Below are positions 25,940 to 32,000 of a stretch of 32,000 bases of DNA, in pieces. How positions within the stretch are numbered: position 1 is the first letter of the stretch; each line of letters begins with the position of its first letter. The position numbers were made by a program, and so were the translations under genes. The notes under the pieces were generated by a model. That model was not told the DNA's origin, ran no database searches, and was given only the letters and a program-made list of their open reading frames with translations. The stretch comes from Saccharopolyspora rhizosphaerae (GTDB lineage: Bacteria > Actinomycetota > Actinomycetes > Mycobacteriales > Pseudonocardiaceae): NCBI RefSeq assembly GCF_003931915.1, contig NZ_RSAA01000016.1:133392-165391 (forward strand), written 5' to 3'.

Positions 25940-27208
25940 ATGACCCAGCTCTGGCCTGCTCCCGTCGCCACCGGCGCCGTGCGCGCGACCGTCCCGCTGC
26001 CCGGTTCGAAGTCGATCACCAACCGGGCGCTGGTGCTCGCCGCGCTCGCCGACGGCCCCTCCGAGCTGCGCGCACCGCTGCGCAGCAGGGACACCGAGCT
26101 GATGGCCTCCGCCCTGCGCTCGCTGGGCGCCACGATCACCGACGGGCCGGACGGCTCCTGGCGGGTCATCCCGGCTGACCTGCGCGGACCGGCCGAGGTC
26201 GACTGCGGGCTGGCCGGGACCGTGATGCGCTTCGTGCCCCCGGTGGCCGCGCTGGCCGTCGGCCGCATCTCCTTCGACGGCGACCCGCAGGCCCGCAAGC
26301 GCCCGCTCGGCACCGTGCTCGACGCGCTGCGCGCACTCGGCGCCGACATCACCGGCAGCTCGCTGCCGTTCGAGGTCCACGGCACCGGCGCTCTGCCCGG
26401 CGGCGTGGTCACCATCGACGCCTCGGCCTCCTCGCAGTTCGTCTCCGGGCTGCTGCTGTCCGCCCCGCGGTTCGAGCAGGGCGTCACCGTCCGGCACTCC
26501 GGCCCGCCCGTGCCGTCGCAGCCGCACATCGAGATGACCGTCGAGATGCTGCGCGACGCCGGGGTCACCGTCGACACCTCGCGCCGCCACCAGTGGCGCG
26601 TGGAACCCGGCCCGATCCGAGCCCTCGACTCCGACATCGAGCCCGACCTCTCCAACGCGACCCCGTTCCTGGCGGCCGCCGCCGTCACCGGTGGCAGCGT
26701 CACCGTGCCCGGGTGGCCGTCCCGGACGACCCAGCCGGGCGACGCGATCCGCGAGATCCTCGCCCGCATGGGCGCCGACGTCCGCCTCGACTCCGACGGC
26801 CTGACCGTCACAGGCCCCGACCAGCTGGAGCCCGTCGAGATCGACCTGCGGGCCGTCGGGGAACTCACCCCCACCGTCGCCGCCCTCGCCGCGCTCGCCT
26901 CCGGACGCTCGCGGCTGCGCGGCATCGCGCACCTGCGCGGGCACGAGACCGACCGGCTCGCCGCCCTGGAGGCCGAGCTGAACGGGCTCGGCGGTCAGGT
27001 GCAGCAGACCGAGGACGGCCTGGTCATCGACGCCGTCCCGCTGACCGGCGGCGCATGGCACTCCTACGCCGACCACCGGATGGCCACCGCCGGCGCGATC
27101 CTCGGGCTGGAGGTCCCCGGGGTGGTCGTCGAGGACATCGCCACCACCAGCAAGACCATCCCGGACTTCCCCGGGATGTGGACCGCGATGCTGGAGGAGA
27201 CCGCGTGA
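25940..27208 (+). CDS. aroA: 3-phosphoshikimate 1-carboxyvinyltransferase (EPSP synthase)
   Basis: The 422-aa product contains [52 protein letters not shown] and [13 protein letters not shown]. Confidence 0.97.
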   Translation: MTQLWPAPVATGAVRATVPLPGSKSITNRALVLAALADGPSELRAPLRSRDTELMASALRSLGATITDGPDGSWRVIPADLRGPAEVDCGLAGTVMRFVPPVAALAVGRISFDGDPQARKRPLGTVLDALRALGADITGSSLPFEVHGTGALPGGVVTIDASASSQFVSGLLLSAPRFEQGVTVRHSGPPVPSQPHIEMTVEMLRDAGVTVDTSRRHQWRVEPGPIRALDSDIEPDLSNATPFLAAAAVTGGSVTVPGWPSRTTQPGDAIREILARMGADVRLDSDGLTVTGPDQLEPVEIDLRAVGELTPTVAALAALASGRSRLRGIAHLRGHETDRLAALEAELNGLGGQVQQTEDGLVIDAVPLTGGAWHSYADHRMATAGAILGLEVPGVVVEDIATTSKTIPDFPGMWTAMLEETA

Positions 27209-27224
27209 TCCCGGGAGCCCGCTG

Positions 27225-28232
27225 ATGAGCAAGCGCGGCTGGCGCAACCTCGACGAATCCGACGTGCGGGTGCGTCCCGGACGGGGCAGCAGGCCGCGCA
27301 GCAAGCAGCGCCCCAAGCACGCCGACGCCGCCGAGGCCATGGTCATCGCCGTCGACCGCGGCCGCTGGACCGTGGCGCTCGACGGCGACCCGAAGCGGAT
27401 CGTCACCGCCATGCGGGCCCGCGAACTCGGCCGAACGCCCGTCGTCGTCGGCGACCTGGTGGGCGTGGTTGGCGACATCTCCGGCAAACCCGACACGCTC
27501 GCGCGCATCGTCCGCGTCACCGATCGCAGGAGCGTGCTGCGGCGCACCGCCGACGACACCGACCCCTACGAACGGGTGGTCGTCGCCAACGCCGAGCAGC
27601 TGGTCATCGTCACCGCGCTCGCCGACCCGCCGCCGCGGCCCGGTTTCATCGACCGCTGCCTGGTCGCCGCCTACGCGGGCGGGCTCTCCCCGGTCCTGTG
27701 CCTGACCAAGGCCGACCTGGCCGAGCCGGGCGAGTGGATCGAGAACTACTCGTCGCTGGACATGCCGATCACCATCACCCGCCTCGACGCCGAACCCGAG
27801 GAACTGAGGGAGCTGCTCGCCAACCGGGTGTCGGCGCTCGTCGGGCACTCCGGTGTCGGCAAGTCCACGCTGGTCAACCGGCTCGTCCCGGAAGCCGAAC
27901 GCGCCACCGCCGAAGTCAGCGGCGTCGGCAAGGGACGGCACACCTCCACCTCAGCCGTCGCGCTCCCCCTGCCCGGCGGAGGGTGGGTCGTCGACACGCC
28001 CGGCATCCGCTCGTTCGGGCTCGCCCACGTCACCGCCGACGACGTCATCGCCCCGTTCGAGGAGTTCGCCGAAGCGGCGGAGGAGTGCCCGCCGAACTGC
28101 GGGCACCTCGGCGGCGACGACGATCCCGACTGCTACCTCGACACCTACGCGGCGGAAGAAGGCGGCAACCCCGATCAGCTCGCCTCGCTCCGCCGACTGC
28201 TGCGCTCCCGGGCGGGGCGCGACGAAACCTGA
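27225..28232 (+). CDS. rsgA: Ribosome small-subunit-dependent GTPase A
   Basis: It has a circularly permuted GTPase arrangement: LTKADL (G4) precedes GHSGVGKSTLVNRL (G1) and DTPGIRSF (G3). A C-terminal Cys/His zinc cluster is CPPNCGHLGGDDDPDC. Confidence 0.95.
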   Translation: MSKRGWRNLDESDVRVRPGRGSRPRSKQRPKHADAAEAMVIAVDRGRWTVALDGDPKRIVTAMRARELGRTPVVVGDLVGVVGDISGKPDTLARIVRVTDRRSVLRRTADDTDPYERVVVANAEQLVIVTALADPPPRPGFIDRCLVAAYAGGLSPVLCLTKADLAEPGEWIENYSSLDMPITITRLDAEPEELRELLANRVSALVGHSGVGKSTLVNRLVPEAERATAEVSGVGKGRHTSTSAVALPLPGGGWVVDTPGIRSFGLAHVTADDVIAPFEEFAEAAEECPPNCGHLGGDDDPDCYLDTYAAEEGGNPDQLASLRRLLRSRAGRDET

Positions 28233-28364
28233 TCGACCGCGCCTCGTGTGATCGACCGCGTCCCACTAACGGGGAATCGCGTCCCCGGTGATGACGGCAC
28301 TTCGTTGCTAGCGTTGGCCAGCGAAACTCGAGCCCGTCCACCACCCGCCCGAGGAGCGCGCCCG

Positions 28365-29222
28365 ATGCCCCGAGCCCGCACCAGGACTGCGCTGCTGTCC
28401 GCCGGTCTGGCCCTGACCGCCACACTCGGCGCCTGCACCAGCGAGCCGCAGCCCCCCGCGGCGGCGACCAAGCCCGCCGCCCGCCCCGACCCGCGCCCTG
28501 CGGCCGAGCCGATGCTCACCGACACCCTCGCCAAGATCAACCGGACCGGCACCGCGCACACCACCATGACCGGAAGCCTCGGCGTGGTCGGGCAGCTCAC
28601 CGCGGACGGTGCCGTCCGCTACCGGGGACCGCAGGCCGACCTGGTGCTCGACGGCAAGACCCGCAACACCCGGACCGAGCGGCTCGCGGTGTCCATCGTG
28701 GACGACGTCGGCTACCTCAACACCCCGCTGGCCCGGCCGGACGCGAACAAGCCGTGGCTGCGGATCTCCGACGACGGCGCGGACTTCGGGTCGAAGCTGC
28801 TCAGCCCGGCCCTGGACCAGCTGCACGAATCCGTCGACCCGCGCGCCACCTTCAGCGGTGTCGAGCAGGCGACCCGGATCCAGAGCTCCGCACCGGACAC
28901 CGTCGACGGACGACCCACCACCCGCTACGAGCTGCGGATCCTCACCGACAAGGCCGCCGAGATCGCCCCGGACGAAGAGCAGCGGAAGCGCTTCCAGCGC
29001 GCGGCCGCCAACGGGCAGCGCGAACTCGGCTACGAGCTCTGGCTCGACGAGCAGGGACTGCCCGCGAAGTTCGCGGCCACCACGGAGGTCGCCCAGGCCG
29101 GCGAAGTCTCGCTGACCTCGACCTACCGCGACTGGGGCGCGCCGGTGGACATCGCGCTGCCCCCGGAGCACGAGGTCGGCGTCTTCGAAGACCTGCCGCC
29201 CATGGCGCAGCCGCCGCGCTGA
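28365..29222 (+). CDS. Predicted secreted lipoprotein of unknown function
   Basis: The ATG at 28365 has GAGGAG 9 nt upstream. The signal peptide with lipobox reads MPRARTRTALLSAGLALTATLGAC. I recognise no catalytic motif. Confidence 0.65.
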   Translation: MPRARTRTALLSAGLALTATLGACTSEPQPPAAATKPAARPDPRPAAEPMLTDTLAKINRTGTAHTTMTGSLGVVGQLTADGAVRYRGPQADLVLDGKTRNTRTERLAVSIVDDVGYLNTPLARPDANKPWLRISDDGADFGSKLLSPALDQLHESVDPRATFSGVEQATRIQSSAPDTVDGRPTTRYELRILTDKAAEIAPDEEQRKRFQRAAANGQRELGYELWLDEQGLPAKFAATTEVAQAGEVSLTSTYRDWGAPVDIALPPEHEVGVFEDLPPMAQPPR

Positions 29223-29226
29223 CGCC

Positions 29227-29724
29227 TCACATCAGCTCGAGCAGGAACGGGACTTCCTGCGGTGCGTACCAAGCGAGTTCGTGGTCCTCGGCCTCGCCCA
29301 GGGTGAACTCCGCGTCCGGGTCGCCGAGGTCCGCAGCGTCGATGACCTCGGCGGCCGCGCGCACCGCGTCCTCCGCCTCGCCGGTGTCCACGTGCACCGC
29401 CGCGAGCTGCTTCCAGACCACCGGGCCCGACACCTTCACCACCGCGTGGTCCAGGTCCGGACGCAGCGTCACGTCGTCGACGTCGGCGGAGATCACCACC
29501 CGCCGCGCCTCGACCTTGCCGTCCTCGTCGGCGGCGAGCAGCCGCAGCGACGCGCGAGCGGCCTCCCGCATCGCCGCGTACTCCAGCTCTTCGGTGTCGC
29601 CGCTGGCGTAGGACTCGCGAAGCGCCGGAGTCAACGCGAAAGCCGTCCCGCCGAGCGGCTGGAACTGCTTGTCGGCCACCAGTTGCTGCAACGTCGGCAG
29701 CGTGGCGGGCAGGTAAATCCTCAT
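29227..29724 (-). CDS. Conserved acidic hypothetical protein, translationally coupled to the WS/DGAT
   Basis: The 165-aa ORF has consistent GC3 codon bias. Its ATG overlaps the upstream stop (ATGA at 29721-29724). No recognisable motif is present. Confidence 0.6.
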   Translation of the reverse strand: MRIYLPATLPTLQQLVADKQFQPLGGTAFALTPALRESYASGDTEELEYAAMREAARASLRLLAADEDGKVEARRVVISADVDDVTLRPDLDHAVVKVSGPVVWKQLAAVHVDTGEAEDAVRAAAEVIDAADLGDPDAEFTLGEAEDHELAWYAPQEVPFLLELM

Positions 29725-31157
29725 GCGTCGACCGTCCCGATCATCTCGTCTACTGCTTCACCGATCATCGCCGCAAGCACGCCGACGTCGGGCATCGCGT
29801 CCCGATCCGCGTTCAACCCGAAGTACACCGCGCCGTTGTACGAGGTCACGCCCACCGACAGCGACTGGTTCTTGGCCAGCGGAACCACCGGGAACATCTC
29901 CATCATCCTCGCCCCCGCCGCGTAGAGCGGCACCTGCGGCCCCGGGACGTTCGTGACCAGCACGTTGAACAGCCGGTCGGAGAACTCGTTGGCCACCCGG
30001 GCGCCCAGCGCGTGCAACGTCGGCGGGGCGAACCCGCCGACCTTCACCAGAGCATCGGCCGCCACCGACTGGCCCGACTCGGCGTGGGCCCGCATGGCAT
30101 GGCTGACCTGGTGCAACCGCATCGTCGGATTGCCCTCGCCCACGGGCAGGTCCACCAGGTAGGCCGACACCTTGTTGCCGACCGCACCGACGGGCAGGCT
30201 CGCGGTGTCCTGGTAGGCCGCGTCGGCCTCGGCGTCGTCGGAGCGGACCGAGACCGGCACCATCGCGCGCAGCGTCGTCGACGGGGTCACCACCTCGCCG
30301 CGCGAGAGCAACCAGTTGCGCAGCGCCCCGGCCACCACGGCCAGGACGACGTCGTTCACCGTGCTCCCGTGCGCCCGCCGCACCGCGCGGAGGTCGTCGA
30401 GCTTCGCCTTGGCCACGGCGAAGCGGCGCTGCGACGACGTCGGCGCGTTCAGCGGACCGCTCGGCGCCGGCACCAGCGCGGCGCGGACCGCCGACGCGAC
30501 GCCCCCGAGCGCGCGCGTCACCTTCTGCACCGTGGCGGACGCGTCGACCATCGCGGCCCGCGCGTTCTCCACGACCTCACCCGGGCGCTGCACCGCGTCC
30601 GTCGCCGCCTCCAGCAGCAGCTGCGTCACGGTCGGCGCCGGGCGCGGCATCCACAGCGCGTCCGGGTCCTCGACCACGCGGTTGCGCTGCAGGTCGAAGA
30701 TCACCTGGCCGATGTCGATCGCGCCGATCCCGTCGATCACCGCCTGGTGGGTCTTCGTGATGATCGCGACCCGGTTCTTCGACAACCCCTCGACCAGGTA
30801 CAGCTCCCACAGCGGGCGCGTGTGGTCGAGCTTGCGGGACATCAGCCGCGCCACCAGGTCGTGCAGCTGGTCGTCGTTGCCCGGTTTCGGCAGCGCCGAC
30901 CGGCGCACGTGGTAGGTGAGGTCGAAGTCCTGGTCGTCCACCCACACCGGACGGGCGAGGCTGCCCGGGACCTCCATCACCCGCTGGCGGTAGCGGGGCA
31001 CGAGACCCAACCGCCGGTCGATCATCGACAGCAGGTGCTCGTAGTCGAAATCGCTTCGCGGCCGCCGGAACACCGCAACACCACCGACGTGCATCGGCGT
31101 CGTGTAGTCCTCCAAGTAGAGGAAGGAGGCGTCGACGGCGGAAAGACGATCGGGCAT
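29721..31157 (-). CDS. Wax-ester synthase / diacylglycerol acyltransferase family protein (Tgs3/Rv3234c-like)
   Basis: The N-terminus (MPDRLSAVDASFLYLEDYTTPMHVGG), PLWELYLVEGL, NDVVLAVVAGALRNWL and NVPGPQVPLY are typical of WS/DGAT. The active-site motif reads THQAVIDG. I prefer ATG 31157 to the track start at 31175. Confidence 0.9.
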   Translation of the reverse strand: MPDRLSAVDASFLYLEDYTTPMHVGGVAVFRRPRSDFDYEHLLSMIDRRLGLVPRYRQRVMEVPGSLARPVWVDDQDFDLTYHVRRSALPKPGNDDQLHDLVARLMSRKLDHTRPLWELYLVEGLSKNRVAIITKTHQAVIDGIGAIDIGQVIFDLQRNRVVEDPDALWMPRPAPTVTQLLLEAATDAVQRPGEVVENARAAMVDASATVQKVTRALGGVASAVRAALVPAPSGPLNAPTSSQRRFAVAKAKLDDLRAVRRAHGSTVNDVVLAVVAGALRNWLLSRGEVVTPSTTLRAMVPVSVRSDDAEADAAYQDTASLPVGAVGNKVSAYLVDLPVGEGNPTMRLHQVSHAMRAHAESGQSVAADALVKVGGFAPPTLHALGARVANEFSDRLFNVLVTNVPGPQVPLYAAGARMMEMFPVVPLAKNQSLSVGVTSYNGAVYFGLNADRDAMPDVGVLAAMIGEAVDEMIGTVDA

Positions 31158-31223
31158 GCCGAAATCCTGGCACACATCGCCCCCGCGTCGAGGGGTTCAC
31201 CCGCCAGGCCTGAACGCGGACAT

Positions 31224-32000
31224 GTGACACTTGATGGTGTGACCAGCGAAGTTTCCCCGAAGGACCGATTCGTCACCGTCTACGGGCGCAAGCCCGTGTT
31301 GGAGGCGTTGGCCGACTACGACCTGCGGGTCGACAAGGTGATCGTCGCCGAAGGGCTCCGCGGTGGAGCCATCGCGGAGATCGAGGAAGCCGCCGCCGAC
31401 CGCGCGGTGAAGGTGCAGCGCGCCAGCGCGCACCGGGTGAAGGTCCTCGCCGGGAACGGCCGTCACGACCAGGGCGTGGTGGCCGACGTCGTGGCCCGCA
31501 AGATGCGTCCGCTCGTTGACGCCCTCGCCGACCCCGCGACCGCCCCTCGCAGCATCCTCCTGCTGGACGGCCTCACCACCCCCGCGAACGTCGGCATGAT
31601 CCTGCGGACCGCGACCGCCTCGGGGATCGACGGCATCGTCGTTCCGCACCGCGGAGTGGCCGGTCTCGACCCGCTGGTCATCAAGGCCTCAGCAGGCGTG
31701 GCGTTCCACTCCCCGGTCCTGCGGACCCGCACCGCCGCCGAAGCCGCGGAACTGCTCACCGAGGCCGGGTACCCGCTCTACGCCCTCGACGCCGACGCCC
31801 AGCACAGCCTCTACGAGACCGAGTTCGGCGATCGCGCGGTCTTCGTCCTCGGCAGCGAAACGGCCGGCCTGTCCACGGAGGTCGAGGAGCGCATCGCCCA
31901 ACCGATCGCGATCCCCATGGCCGGCGGCGTCGAGTCGCTCAACGTCGCCAGCGCCGCAGCCGTCCTCTGCTTCGAGATCCGCCGCCGCGCCCTAGCCTGA
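31224..32000 (+). CDS. TrmH/SpoU-family RNA 2'-O-methyltransferase
   Basis: Only the last 258 codons of the 662-aa track ORF are real. SpoU motifs are present: LLLDGLTTPANVGMILRTATASG, FVLGSETAGLS and IPMAGGVESLNVASAAAVLCFE. The start is GTG at 31224 (or 31239), and the stop TGA is at 31998-32000. Confidence 0.85.
   Translation: MTLDGVTSEVSPKDRFVTVYGRKPVLEALADYDLRVDKVIVAEGLRGGAIAEIEEAAADRAVKVQRASAHRVKVLAGNGRHDQGVVADVVARKMRPLVDALADPATAPRSILLLDGLTTPANVGMILRTATASGIDGIVVPHRGVAGLDPLVIKASAGVAFHSPVLRTRTAAEAAELLTEAGYPLYALDADAQHSLYETEFGDRAVFVLGSETAGLSTEVEERIAQPIAIPMAGGVESLNVASAAAVLCFEIRRRALA

Noticed and set aside
25853-27559. A 568-aa minus-strand ORF and a 331-aa minus-strand ORF antisense to aroA.
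   Set aside because: aroA on the plus strand is unambiguous, and the antisense translations have no motifs and extreme Arg/Gly/Pro content.
30012-31223. The first ~400 codons of the 662-aa plus-strand ORF that ends as the TrmH methyltransferase.
   Set aside because: This part is antisense to the WS/DGAT gene and its translation is low-complexity. SpoU/TrmH homology begins only after GTG 31224, inside the true intergenic region.

Overview
This is a high-GC (about 70% by eye), densely coding actinomycete chromosome window. I support 32 CDS and found no rRNA, tRNA, CRISPR array, transposase or integrase. Gene content and order look like conserved core chromosome. From memory, it is syntenic with three Mycobacterium tuberculosis blocks: Rv3806c-Rv3811 (arabinogalactan precursors), Rv3834c-Rv3838c (serS to pheA) and Rv3221A-Rv3234c (rshA/sigH to aroA to tgs3). 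From left to right the window holds: a 3'-truncated Tat-exported PhoD phosphatase (absent from the ORF track because it runs off the edge); a translationally coupled glf-glfT2-PAP2-DPPR synthase operon; a divergent GT87 membrane glycosyltransferase; a secreted amidase_2/PGRP cell-wall amidase; HAD hydrolase, LLM oxidoreductase and HhH protein genes; serS; a YgiC-like ATP-grasp ligase with a YgiB/DUF1190-like partner; a septum-formation-domain membrane protein coupled to a zincin; a mycothiol-type DinB protein divergent from a Tat-lipoprotein dioxygenase-like gene; a histidine phosphatase and pheA; a macro-domain protein; DoxX; an orphan NarL-type response regulator; the rsrA-sigH(sigR) module with a consensus GGAAT-N18-GTT autoregulatory promoter; ybaK; an operon of two tandem SRAP genes plus an alpha/beta hydrolase; aroA and rsgA; a lipoprotein; a WS/DGAT with a variant active-site motif and a coupled small protein; and a TrmH-family methyltransferase. 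Most long ORFs in the six-frame track are off-frame or antisense shadows typical of high-GC DNA. I do not see a convincing novel multi-gene system such as a defence island. The items most worth a second look are the SRAP-SRAP-hydrolase operon, the YgiB/YgiC-like pair in a mycothiol organism, a roughly 40-nt repeat family confined to convergent intergenic gaps, the sigR dual-isoform architecture, and the HQ variant WS/DGAT.
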